Source: Macrostomum lignano (Eukaryota). From it: a DNA stretch of 64,000 nucleotides. Below the pieces are notes generated by a model that made no database searches, was not told the DNA's origin, and worked only from the letters and a program-made list of their open reading frames with translations. The stretch covers positions 237,465-301,464 of the forward strand of contig NIVC01001378.1 of NCBI GenBank assembly GCA_002269645.1. Reading direction: 5' to 3'. Position numbers and translations under genes: made by a program. This document shows positions 1 through 11,419 of this stretch, piece by piece; positions within the stretch are counted from its first letter, which is position 1; every line of letters starts with the position of its first letter.

Positions 1-160
1 CTACTACTACTACTACTACTACTACCATGGCTACTACTACTGCAACAACAAACAATTATTATTATAAGAAATTATCATTATTACTATTGTTATTACTAAT
101 ACTCGTACTCCAACTAGTAGAATATTACTAAAACTACTGCCCCTACTATTAACTAGCGGA
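1..160. repeat. Degenerate (CTA)n microsatellite
   Basis: ctactactac runs visible directly. Confidence 0.8.
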
Positions 161-209
161 ATGGGCGGCGACACGGAAGACCCGGAACACCTTGCCCCTA
201 CTACTTTTA

Positions 210-460
210 CTATTTATAATTTAAGAACTGATTACACCTGCCCTAAAGGGCTGTTCGGCTGTTCAGTCCCAGGACTGGGGGGTCGCCACACACCCTCAGT
301 TACCCCAGCTAATACTGGCACTCATTTTACAGCTAGGTGAACTGAAGCAATGCAGAGTTAAGTGTCTTGCTCAAGGACACAAATTTTTCCGAGTGGGTCA
401 AGAATCGAACCCCCGACTTTTCAGTCGTGAGTCCGACGCTCTGACCACTTGGCTACAACT
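210..460 (-). mobile_element. tRNA-derived SINE with CORE/Meta-like central domain
   Basis: Minus strand: A-box TAGCCAAGTGG, B-box GGTTCGATTC (403-412), then gtgtccttgagcaagacacttaactc...ctgtaaaatgagt resembling the CORE-SINE motif tgaccttgggcaagtyacttaacc...ctgtaaaatgg. Confidence 0.72.
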
Positions 461-516
461 CTACTATTACTGTAGCTAATAATATCACTACTACTGCAAT
501 TGCTAACAATACTCAC

Positions 517-649
517 AGGCCTGTCGACTAGATCTTCCCTAGGCGTAATCTCTGGCACGGACGAGCCCCGGCAGCAGATTCGATACCAACTGCCGACAAA
601 GATTTTCAAATCTATCGACACTCGCACGTGATAGGGTACGTCGTGTTCT
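517..649 (-). CDS. POLE: DNA polymerase epsilon catalytic subunit, coding exon 5 (gene continues off the left edge)
   Basis: Translates (R)[44 protein letters not shown], matching POLE [23 protein letters not shown]...EITRRDDLVERP; acceptor ttcag at 650-654, donor gtgagt at 511-516. Confidence 0.92.
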
Positions 650-704
650 CTGAAATCGGTAGGAAGTTTCGATGAATGATGAAGACGGAACTGAGTAGAG
701 GCTT

Positions 705-1075
705 AACTTCAGTAAGAGCTGACACCCTCCCTTAGGTACTTTAGTAAGAGCTCCCCGCTTTCGCAGGTACTTTAGTAAGAGCTCCTCCCTCCCTCAGGTA
801 CTTTAGTAAGAGCTCCCACCTCCCTCAGGTACTTTAGTAAGAGCTCCTCCCTCCCTCAGGTACTTCAGTGAGAGCTCCTCCCTCAGGTACTTTAGCAAGA
901 GCTCCCACCTCCCTCAGGTACTTTAGCAAGAGCTCCCACCTCCCTCAGGTACTTTAGCAAGAGCTCCCACCTCCCTCAGGTACTTTAACAAGAGCTCCTA
1001 CCTCCCTCAGGTACTTTAGAAAGAGCTGCCCCTCACTCAGGTACTTTAATAAGAGCTTCCAACCTCTAAAGTACT
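705..1075. repeat. ~31-bp minisatellite in POLE intron
   Basis: Unit ctcaggtactttagcaagagctcccacctcc, roughly a dozen copies. Confidence 0.93.
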
Positions 1076-1091
1076 TCAATAGCGCCCCTAC

Positions 1092-1362
1092 CTCAAATCG
1101 AGAATATTATCAGTCTGGTCAACAATCATATGAGTGTAGCCTGTCTCTGATTTGCTCTGATCGTGATGCTTCTCCATCTGATGCTGCTGCTGTTCGCCTG
1201 AGAAATGACTGGCCAGCATGCTAGTGTAGGCAGTCTTGGCGCTCTCCTTATCCCGATTGGACTTCACTTTGGGCAGGAGTTCGCGTTTCACTCGCATCAG
1301 ATCGTCCACTGAGAAGAAGGCCAGTTTAATGTAGGTCTTCTTCAGGCCCGACAGGTGATTGG
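1092..1362 (-). CDS. POLE: DNA polymerase epsilon catalytic subunit, coding exon 4
   Basis: NHLSGLKKTYIKLAFFSVDDLMRVKRELLPKVKSNR...DQTDNILDLR matches POLE PNHLVGLKRNYIRLSF...DQLDNIVDMR; donor gtaggg; exon is one base short for phase (see findings). Confidence 0.9.
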
Positions 1363-1424
1363 CTTGAATGGGGGGGGGGAGACGATAGAGTGTGAGATTA
1401 GTGGCTAGGGTTTGATTGAGCAAC

Positions 1425-2628
1425 TGAGGATCTGGGAGGCTGGACCAGCAACTGAGGATCTGGGAGGCTGGACCAGCAACTGAGGATCTGGCAGGCTGGA
1501 CCAGCAACTGAGGATCTGGCAGGCTGGCCTAGCAACTGAGGATCTGGGAGGCTGGCCTAGCAACAGAGGATCTGGAAGGCTGGCCCAGCAACTGAGGATC
1601 TGGGAGGCTGGCCCAGTAACTAACACAAGGAGGCTGGCTCAGTAACTGAGGATCTGGGAGGCTGGCCCAGTAACTAACACTAGGAGGCTGGCTCAGTAAC
1701 TGAGGATCTGGGTCCCTGGGAGGCTGGCGGCTGGCCCAGCAACTAACACTAGGAGGCTGGCTCAGCAACTGGGTATCTGGGAGGCTGGCCCGGCATCTGA
1801 GGATCTGGGAGGCTGGCCCAGCAATTGAGGATCTGGGAGGCTGGCCCAGCAACTGAGGATCTGGGAGGCTGGCCCAGTAATTGAGGATCTGGGAGGCTGG
1901 CCCAGCAATTGAGGATCTGGGAGGCTGGCCCAGAAATTGAGGATCTGGGAGGCTGGCCCAGTAATTGAGGATCTGGGAGGCTGGCCCAGCAATTGAGGAT
2001 CTGGGAGGCTGGCCCAGCAATTGAGGATCTGGGAGGCTGGCCCAGCAACTGAGGATCTGGGAGGCTGGCCCAGTAATTGAGGATCTGGGAGGCTGGCCCA
2101 GCAATTGAGGATCTGGGAGGCTGGCCCAGAAATTGAGGATCTGGGAGGCTGGCCCAGTAATTGAGGATCTGGGAGGCTGGCCCAGCAATTGAGGATCTGG
2201 GAGGCTGGCCCAGCAATTGAGGATCTGGGAGGCTGGCCCAGCAATTGAGGATCTGGGAGGCTGGCCCAGCAACTGAGGATCTGGGAGGCTGGCCCAGTAA
2301 TTGAGGATCTGGGAGGCTGGCCCAGCAATTGAGGATCTGGGAGGCTGGCCCAGAAATTGAGGATCTGGGAGGCTGGCCCAGTAATTGAGGATCTGGGAGG
2401 CTGGCCCAGCAATTGAGGATCTGGGAGGCTGGCCCAGCAATTGAGGATCTGGGAGGCTGGCCCAGCAATTGAGGATCTGGGAGGCTGGCCCAGAAATTGA
2501 GGATCTGGGAGGCTGGCCCAGTAATTGAGGATCTGGGAGGCTGGCCCAGCAATTGAGGATCTGGGAGGCTGGCCCAGCAATTGAGGATCTGGGAGGCTGG
2601 CCCAGCAACTGAGGATCTGGGAGGCTGG
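1425..2628. repeat. 28-bp minisatellite in POLE intron
   Basis: Unit ggctggcccagcaattgaggatctggga; source of the three repetitive ORFs 1529-2697. Confidence 0.97.
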
Positions 2629-2742
2629 CAATACCCAAACAAACGATGATCTGGAGTGTTGAGGCGACATTTTTCTAAACCGAGGATTTACAGGCAACCT
2701 TAAACCAAAGTATACATATCAAATAGAAATGCACTGGCATAC

Positions 2743-2961
2743 CAGTTCTAAATCTTCCTTTTCGAGCAGATCTAAGCTGGCAAACTTGCCAGAGTATTTC
2801 TTAGACAGATAGGACAGAACCTCGTGCTCGCAGCCGGATCGCACGGCCGCGTAGAAATACGGCCTATAGGGCATGGACACTTTGAATCTGCTGCCATCGT
2901 CGCGCAGGAAATAATAGTCCACCGCGCTCACTAGTCGCTTCTCTTCGTCGATAACGTCAGA
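2743..2961 (-). CDS. POLE: DNA polymerase epsilon catalytic subunit, coding exon 3
   Basis: [37 protein letters not shown]...KEDLEL matches [41 protein letters not shown]...KEDLDL; gtccag acceptor, gtatgc donor, 219 nt phase 0/0. Confidence 0.94.
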
Positions 2962-3055
2962 CTGGACAAAAATAAGAGAAATGAAAAATAGTGAGAGATG
3001 AGGAATTAACAGTGCAAAGTGAAAATGTTATATTAAGCATTGATTTTAAACTTAC

Positions 3056-3188
3056 TGGATGCATATTAACCAGCCAACCAGTGTGCTCTCCGGGCTCTTT
3101 CAGCCCAACGAATCCATAGATTTCATCAATGGTTTCATTGGCGCGAACTCGTCGAATCCTGCGCTCAGCGCCTTCATCTGTGGTTTGA
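3056..3188 (-). CDS. POLE: DNA polymerase epsilon catalytic subunit, coding exon 2
   Basis: QTTDEGAERRIRRVRANETIDEIYGFVGLKEPGEHTGWLVNMHP matches POLE ...[21 protein letters not shown]; gtaag donor at 3051-3055; cag acceptor at 3189-3191 gives the phase-2 entry needed from exon 1. Confidence 0.86.
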
Positions 3189-5905
3189 CTGTGTGTGTGT
3201 GGGGGGGGGGGCAAAAATAGGCTTTGCATTAAAGACAAGTGAATACAAAAGACTAGATTAGATTATGAGAAATGCAATTTCTATCTCTCCTAAAGTAACA
3301 TCTGCCTATTTTCAACGGCTATAGCTCCTAGATAGTACTTGAAAAGAGAGGCATTAGGCCATTAAAAGTTACAGATATTATCTTTTTAAATGTACAGCAT
3401 AGAAATAATGATTGGATAGGATTAAAACTTGCATTAGACTGGATAAGAATTGTAGTTTTTGCTAGGATATCAAGATTCTTAAATTATAGAAAAAGAATTT
3501 TTATAAATCAATAAATTTAAAATTATATACATACATTTTACCATTGTAATTTTAATCTTATTTTACATTTCTAAAATGTAAGACCTTTTAATGAATTTTT
3601 TGTATTTGTAATCAGATCAGAAAAATAAGATCAAGTAAGATAATAAAACTTTTGATCTTGTCTAACTTCTATTTAGTACTTTTGCTCAAATTTTAGGCCT
3701 ATTCCTACTGCACATAAGTGAATAAAAAATACATGGATTTATATTCTAAGTATATGTGTACAAGCAACTTTTGATCCTAAAGAGCAAGAATCATAAGACT
3801 ATATTTTATAACTAACCTAACTTGTTTCATTTTTCTAATTCCTTGAGGGATAAAAATAGGTTTTTACATAATTTAAATTTGATTCTTTAATCCACAAATT
3901 TGAAACATTCCAGCATGCAAGTGTGGCAATTACATTCTTTTTTTAAAAGATACTATTTATATAGACTGCTTTGTTCTAGACTTATTAATGACAATATATA
4001 ATTTTCTACATATATATATATATATCTAGAAGATATTTATATAACTCTTAAATAATATACAAAATTGTGATAGACCAATGGTAAATAGCAAAATTAACTA
4101 CTTTTTCTCCATTTATTTCTCTAAATATAGGTTTTTTTGTATTAGAATAAAGTTATAAAGACAACAAGCAGTATATCAAAATAAGATTAACATACATGCC
4201 CAAAACCTGTCCAACCTGTCCGAACCGGACAAGTGAAATGGCCACCAGCCAAGGTAAGTCGCAAAATCAAAAATGGGAAAATGAAAAAAATTAAGGGAAT
4301 AAAGAAAGGAAAAGAGAAAAGGAAAAGAGAGGAGGAAGAAGAGAGAGGAGAAAGAAGAGAGAAAAAGAGAAAGAGAAGAAAAGAGAACAGAGGAACTAAG
4401 TCGCAATCAGGAAGAACTAAGTTGTATGAAGATTAATCTTTATTAACCTAGGTTAAATGTAAATAAGCAAATATTGTAGTGTTCTGCCAGCTATAGGATC
4501 CTATGGCAAATATGGTAAAATAGGTGCCTATGGCAGCTATGGATATGCCTATGGTAGCTAGCTGCTCTTATAGCTATGACTATGGAAATATGATAGTTGT
4601 TGTTACATTCTATAGATTCCCATAGCTGTAGTTATTAATTTATAATCTTACAAAGGCAATTGAGTGTTTCTTTTATTTTCTAACTTAATTTGCAGTTGTT
4701 TAAGCACTAGGTTATCTTCCTGATTTAAAATAATTTGTTTTCTAGACTTTTTTGTGAAACTTATGGCTATGGCTATAGGAACTACAGGAATATGGTAATA
4801 TTAGGGTCTCTATAGCTATGGAATACAGAGAATTAGAATAACTCAAAGTTTTTTTTGAACTATAATGATGCAAGGTCTTCCAATATTAGGTTATAATGTT
4901 TGGTCCCCTTTCAAAAATTTTCTAGATCTACCTTGATATTGCATATATGATTAAAATTAATATAAATAATATTATTTAAAAAATCTACATATTACTATAT
5001 ATTTTTTGTATAATTGTCATACAATAATTAATTTAGACTAGCATATACATAATACAATTTTATAATTAAAAAGCAATTGAAAAATATACTGATTTGATAT
5101 GCATTAGATACTTGAATTTACTTAATTTTTATAATTAAATAATTAAAAAATATATTTTTTAGACCTAATATTTTGCTAATTAAGTTGAAAATGAAAGGAT
5201 ACAAAATAAAATATGCTATATTCTAAGTTTTTATGATTGCAAAAATATTTTAATTTAATTTTATGTTTACATAAACAAAATATTTAATGAACTATTGCTT
5301 TGTCAATAATGACATACTGCTTATTATTGTATAGACTTATATTTTCCTTGGCTTGGTATAGTGGTACATAATATACAAAATATTTTCTTCTGTAATATAC
5401 CAACTTGGTGTTATTCTAAGCCCTCTCCCTATGTTTTAACTATGTTATTCTGGGCTATAAACCATAAAGAATAGACTATTTTTAATATAACATTGGAAAT
5501 ATGAATTGTATTAAATAAATAATGAACAACAATAGAAGCCTTGTTTATAAGCAATAATAATATAAAATAATTTAAAGAATTAATACTAGTGAGTATTATT
5601 CATTCACCAAAGAAACAAGCTTCTCTTAAAGGATCACAAATAAATTGGATAAATCTCAGGAATGTTGCTGGAATCAAAACATTATGTATTGGAGACGTGT
5701 AACTTTTTATTGAATATTTAGGCCTAGTTTTGCTAGGCCTATGCAGGAAAATGATTGGTTGAACTTGAAAACCATTCAGGCATTCATTGCCTTTATTGGA
5801 ACTAGGCCTACATGTAATTCAAATGTAAGCCAAACAATATTTTAGTTTTATATGCTCCTAAAAACAATTAAGAAACCAACTTTCTTAGGCAAAACGTTTA
5901 CTTAC

Positions 5906-5952
5906 CCATCTGACTTGGAATTGTCAGATTTTTCAAACTTTTGACGTTTCAT
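5906..5952 (-). CDS. POLE: Probable first coding exon of POLE (MKRQKFEKSDNSKSDG)
   Basis: ATG at 5952, 47 nt ending phase 2 at a gtaag donor (5901-5905), in phase with exon 2; twin CCAAT boxes upstream. No recognisable sequence homology by itself. Confidence 0.6.
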
Positions 5953-6014
5953 TCCAGAGCGTCAAAACAGCTGGATGTTTAATTTTGCATATGTCAACCA
6001 AAATTATTTTAGAT

Positions 6015-6053
6015 AGACGATTGGTGGCTACAGGACGATTGGTGGCTACCGGC
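6015..6053 (-). promoter_or_regulatory. Tandem CCAAT boxes upstream of POLE
   Basis: gacgattggtggctac occurs twice, 21 bp apart, about 70-100 bp upstream of the proposed ATG; reads CCAAT in POLE sense. Confidence 0.45.
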
Positions 6054-8574
6054 CTGTAACAAATTATTACTTAATACTTTAGGCACAGACCAATGCTAAG
6101 AATCTTAATCGTAACAGTACTAGTACTACTACTACGTCAAGATAATTTCGCAAAGCCATGATGCAAAAAATTAAATTTGTGTAATGGCAGTTGAATGAGT
6201 TTTTCGGGAGAAATTAAAAGTATTATTAAATAATTTCTCTTTTTTTTATTTGTTTGCTAAAACGTAAGTATTACTATAACAGCAGAATACAATACTATTT
6301 GTTTCACTATGTCAGCGAGAAGTGAAAAGAAATAATTTAAATCTACAATCTGAATCTTCGCCGAGCCGGCTCTACCTGAAACTGTTTTAAGCCAAGAAAC
6401 TTCATCTCTGGTCACAGTAATCAATTATCTAAGCAAATATTGCATCACTCTGGTAAAATTATACGCCATTTTATACACAATGTTTAAAAGACATTGAATG
6501 AGTTTAGGCAGAAATGTATATTTCTCTGGAATTTATATGATCAAATGTATTTTTTGCATTACTAACTTACGAGTAAATACATTATACTTAGTATTTATTT
6601 TTTCTTTTCTTTGAATTAGGCAACCATGTGTTCAAGTCAATATTAAACATGTTTGATTAGAATTGCTATGCTACCAAAGTTACTAAAAGAATGTGTTTAA
6701 TTCTTTATTTGCTTTTTGTCATTCAGGCCTTATAATTTCGAATAGCTAATCAGATAATCATTTCGGTGATCAAATTTTAGGCACATTTTTATTCTTTATA
6801 TGGCTTTACCGTTTATTTTTTTTTAAGTTGTTCTTATAACTTTAAAAGAAACTTATAGAAAAAAATGATTGCAAACCTTGAACTGTTTATGGGTATCTTA
6901 TTTTAGAGTAGCTTTATGTGAGTTATCGCGGTTAATCTTCTCTGCAGAAAGGAAAACTTCATTTTCTATCATTTTTATATTGAAAAATGCTTTTTTTAAT
7001 ACAATTTAAATAAGAGTTTGGTCTTTTAAATGTCTCTGATACCATAAAAGAATCATATTTACAATTTTTCATTCTATGCAAAATTTTATTTAGAACATTA
7101 TGCAGTCAAGCATGACCCTATTTTATTTAGAACATTATACAGTCAAAAATGGCCCTAAAATTGCATTTTATTAACCAGGCATATATTAACCACATCTATC
7201 CGGATAGCTCTGATGAGTTCAGTTAATGTAGTGAAAGATTCATTTATGTCTAGATTGAATAGTTTAATAGTTAAATTTAAGCTATTAATAATTTAGGAAA
7301 TTGTCATCATGCAAATTAATACATGTATAGTGCTCAATGTCCTTGAAACTGATTTAATTATATTTTTATATTAGGGTTATTATACTTTGTTTATTATGAT
7401 TACCTATACGAGCCGTATGTACTATAATCCCACTACGAGATTTCCCATACACTAGGGGATATATTAATTCCCCTCTCTTTTAACCCTTCCGTCGGTTACT
7501 CAGTCTTGCGTATTTTTTCATCTGCGATAAAATAAGATCTTTGGAAGATTGTGCACGCCCCGCAATCGAGGAGAATTTGCTTTTTCTGTGGGGATTTTGT
7601 TTGCCTTTTGCTGCTATCGCTGGGACTGCATGAAACGATCAGCCACCCACCAGCCGCTGAGGAGACTGGAAGCGACCTCAGCCAGTGCGCCACGAATCTC
7701 CCTAGCCGACTGACTTCCAGCTCTGGCAACTTCTATTTTTAAATAGAAAAAATGTTGTCAGCCACGGAGCGCTGACACAAAAGGAACTAATAAAGAGAAT
7801 CTGGAGCTGTAGATATTCCTGGCTAAACAATCCTAATTATTTCCTTTGAATAGAACGGAACTTGACCGATCGACCAGCCAATCAAGAGGACTGCCAACAA
7901 TTGTCAAGCCAACTGTTCAAGGCTCGTCTCTGAGGTTTAAAAACAATCAAGTAGAGAGTTTTAAAGCAATTATTCTAGTCAAAGAACTTCATTGCTACAC
8001 TTGGTGCCGGTTTTTATGGAATTAATTCTTGAATAATCAACTTTACTATCAATAAAAACAATACTAAATGTCGCAATTAAAAAATAACAACACCGAAAAA
8101 TCGCATACAAGCTTACGCCGCGGCACAGCTGCAACCAAAAAAGTCCGTCAACAAACAGCGTCGCTTGCATGCGTGGGGCCGGCGCCAACCCAATCGTATC
8201 GCCCCCAGGAAGAAAATTCCTTATCGCTACATCTCTCCATCCTAGCTCCGTTAGCCTCTCTCTCCCTCTCCCATTTTTCCCCTAAGCGGCAAAGCTACAG
8301 GAAGCTGGCTATGGGTATTAGATAGATACAGCGCTGGCGTGCATATCTCAAGCCTTCCAGACAGTAAGTCGAATAGCAACCACAACCCCCGCCACAGTCT
8401 TCCAATCCATTGCACCGCCTAATTGCATCCTTGCCTAGATTAGTACAGTGGGTATAGGAAAAACCCTTATTACTAATTGCTTCTACTGAATTCAGCAAAC
8501 TTTTCTAGCAAATTTCTTGTAGACAAAGGCGGTAAAAATGGAGCAAGAGGCGTTTCATATTTGAGATCTGTTGT

Positions 8575-8895
8575 GTCAGAATCGGGATCCAGTGGGGGAT
8601 CAGTGGTATCAGAATCGGGATCAGTGGTGTCAGAATCGGGATCAGTGGTGTCAGGATCGGGATCGGTGGTGTCAGGATCGGGATCAGTGGTGTCAGGATC
8701 GGGATCGGTGGTGTCAGGATCGGGATCAGTGGTGTTAGGATCGGGATCAGTGGTGTCAGGATCGGGATCAGTGGTGTCAGGATCGGGATCAGTGGTGTCA
8801 GGATCGGGATCAGTGGTGTCAGGATCGGGATCAGTGGTGTCAGAATTGGGATCAGTGGTGTCAGGATCGGGATCAGTGGTGTCAGGATCGGGATC
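8575..8895. repeat. 21-bp minisatellite between POLE and Lgl
   Basis: Unit gtggtgtcaggatcgggatca, about 15 copies. Confidence 0.95.
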
Positions 8896-9678
8896 AAGAG
8901 ATCATTTAAAGTTGGACCCAACGTTACTCTACACAGAATCAATCTTAGCCAAATGAAAACAATCCTAGAGTCGCGTGAGGTTGCCAGGGTCACTGGAAGG
9001 TGATGTCTGAAACCTGGGCAACCAGGGCTAATACTAAAAAATATGGCAACTATCGATTCATTTATTCCAGCTGTTCAAGAGTAAATAATATGCTAATATA
9101 GCAGGCATAACACCCGTATCTGGCCACTGATTCATCCATCACATAGCTTACCCTCTGAATGACCTCCGCTGCTGGTGGGGTGGGGGTGAGACGAGAGACA
9201 AGCTGATACAGCTAGGGGAAGGACTGTATAGGATTTTTTTGTGTAGGATGGAGTGTAGACACTTCGACAAAATGATGGGGCTCGCTGGAAGCCAGAGCTC
9301 TTCACCCCCTGTCCCAACCCACTCCTACCCCTGTGTCCCTCATCAGCCCAGCCAATATTGAAGGCCCCCAAAGCTTTATATTAGCCTGAAACTTTGCGAC
9401 TGATAGGCGGGCTACGCGGCAAGTAAAACCCAATCCGCCCCCACCTACCTACCTACTGTATTTAAAAGGTCCTCTTTGTTCTATTAAACAGCTTTGATAA
9501 AATTGATGATGAACAGCTGGCTCACTGTTTTGATCACTGCTCACTGCTGGCTCACAGCCGACACTGACTCATAGTCCCGAAATACAGTTTCAGACGCTAC
9601 TATCTGCATCAAAATAACTATACCGACTATAAATATTACTGACAATCTAAAAATCTAAATAAACAGCCTCGCAAAGTC

Positions 9679-9801
9679 ATGGCCAAGTTTATTGACACGT
9701 TTCGCGACCTGCCGCACAAACTGCATCTTGGCGGGGGCGGCAAAGCTAAAGCTACCGACAAACAGCTGCGTCAGTTTAAGGAGTTCTTCGACATCAAACC
9801 G
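9679..9801 (+). CDS. lgl: Lethal giant larvae homologue, coding exon 1
   Basis: MAKFIDTFRDL...QLRQFKEFFDIKP resembles the Lgl N-terminus (MMKF...KLKQELFAFNK); gtgagg donor at 9802, phase 0 into the next exon; an acceptor-like aaacag ends at 9666. Confidence 0.75.
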
Positions 9802-10142
9802 GTGAGGCTTTTGCAGTTCATTGAATTTATACTAGCGCTTAGGCTAAGATTGCCAGCAACCTGAAGCAAATTTGTCCAATACTCTGATTGCATAGTTGCT
9901 GGCTAGGAGCAATTTTAATGCGATTTTCAAGAGGCTTTAATATTGATTTTTCTGTCTAACATAAGAGATGGCTAAGAAGTTTATAAGTGGCGGTTGCGGT
10001 GCTTCATTCGATGAATCATCCTGTGATGCTATCTGAGGCTTGCTGGTAGAAAAAGGCATTTGGCACCGAATGTAAATGCAAATACAGCAAAATTTCCCTG
10101 ACACTTTTATGATTCGGTGTCTTTTCTAGACAGAAATGTTAT

Positions 10143-10902
10143 CTGTTAGACAGGACAGTGCCACCTGTTAGACAGGATAGTGTCACCTGTTAGACAGGAA
10201 AGTGTCACCTGTTAGACAGGATAGTGTCACCTGTTAGAAAGGATAGTGTCACCTGTTAGACAGGATAGTGTCACCTGTTAGACAGGACAGTGTCACCTGT
10301 TAGACAGGATAGTGTCACCTGTTAGACAGGATAGTGTCACCTGTTAGACAGGATAGTGTCACCTGTTAGAAAGGATAGTGTCACCTGTTAGACAGGATAG
10401 TGTCACCTGTTAGACAGGGCAGTGTCACCTGTTAGACAGGATAGTGTCACCTGTTAGACAGGATAGTGTCACCTGTTAGACAGGATAGTGTCACCTGTTA
10501 GACAGGATAGTGTCACCTGTTAGACAGGATAGTGTCACCTGTTAGACAGGATAGTGTCACCTGTTAGACAGGATAGTGTCACCTGTTAGACAGGACAGTG
10601 TCACCTGTTAGACAGGATAGTGTCACCTGTTAGACAGGATAGTGTCACCTGTTAGACAGGATAGTGTCACCTGTTAGACAGGATAGTGTCACCTGTTAGA
10701 CAGGATAGTGTCACCTGTTAGACAGGATAGTGTCACCTGTTAGACAGGACAGTGTCACCTGTTAGACAGGACAGTGTCACCTGTTAGACAGGACAGTGTC
10801 ACCTGTTAGACAGGACAGTGTCACCTGTTAGACAGGATAGTGTCACCTGTTAGACAGGACAGTGTCACCTGTTAGACAGGATAGTGTCACCTGTTAGACA
10901 GG
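10143..10902. repeat. 22-bp satellite array (orientation A)
   Basis: Unit ctgttagacaggatagtgtcac, about 35 copies. Confidence 0.98.
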
Positions 10903-11419
10903 TGCCTCACCTGCCAGATTAATAATTGTCAATAAGGAATCGCTTATAAACCATGAGTAACTCGGGCATTTTATTCCCAGACTGAAGAATGTTTGCCTCC
11001 TCAGCAAATATAGGCGGGAACTATTAAGAGGCCAGCATTGGGCACAAAAAAGTGAAGCTAAGGACAGAGGAGAATAGGCTAAAATATCCGCAATGAAAAC
11101 CAAAGCCAGCTGAAAATTGAACAGAATTACGTGCCGGAAGTCCACACATTAAAGCCCTAGGGGTCTGAAATTTATAAAAGGCAATTGGAAATTTCAAACT
11201 TTTGCTTTATCCGAAGAAAAAGATTTTCCATTTAATCTTAGCCCTAACTTCCCTATACAATATAATTGGCCTTTACGAAGGATAGTGAGGAGAAAGTTGG
11301 TTTTAGTAAATAAAATTTCATAAATGTATATATATGTAGTGAAATTATTGAGAAGAAGTCAATTGAGTATGGAAATCGCACTTATTGTGATATTTGAGAG
11401 ATAAGAAGAGAGGGGATTA

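Noticed and set aside
1529-2697. Three 300-370 aa ORFs (WASLPDPQLLGQPPRSS repeats)
   Set aside because: Translations of the 28-bp intronic minisatellite inside POLE.
4196-4215. Possible 11- or 20-nt POLE micro-exon (cag acceptors, gtatgt donor)
   Set aside because: Not needed: the acceptor at 3189-3191 already joins exon 1 to exon 2 in phase.
7205-7240. ctgatgag...gaaa hammerhead-like core
   Set aside because: Sequence between the motifs cannot form stem II and no matching stems I/III with a cleavage triplet were found.
7478-7496. ttaaCCCTT piggyBac-like terminus
   Set aside because: No matching inverted end found in the window.
8477-8993. ORFs on both strands (SGSVV and IPILTPL repeats)
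   Set aside because: 21-bp repeat is open by chance; no splice or homology support.
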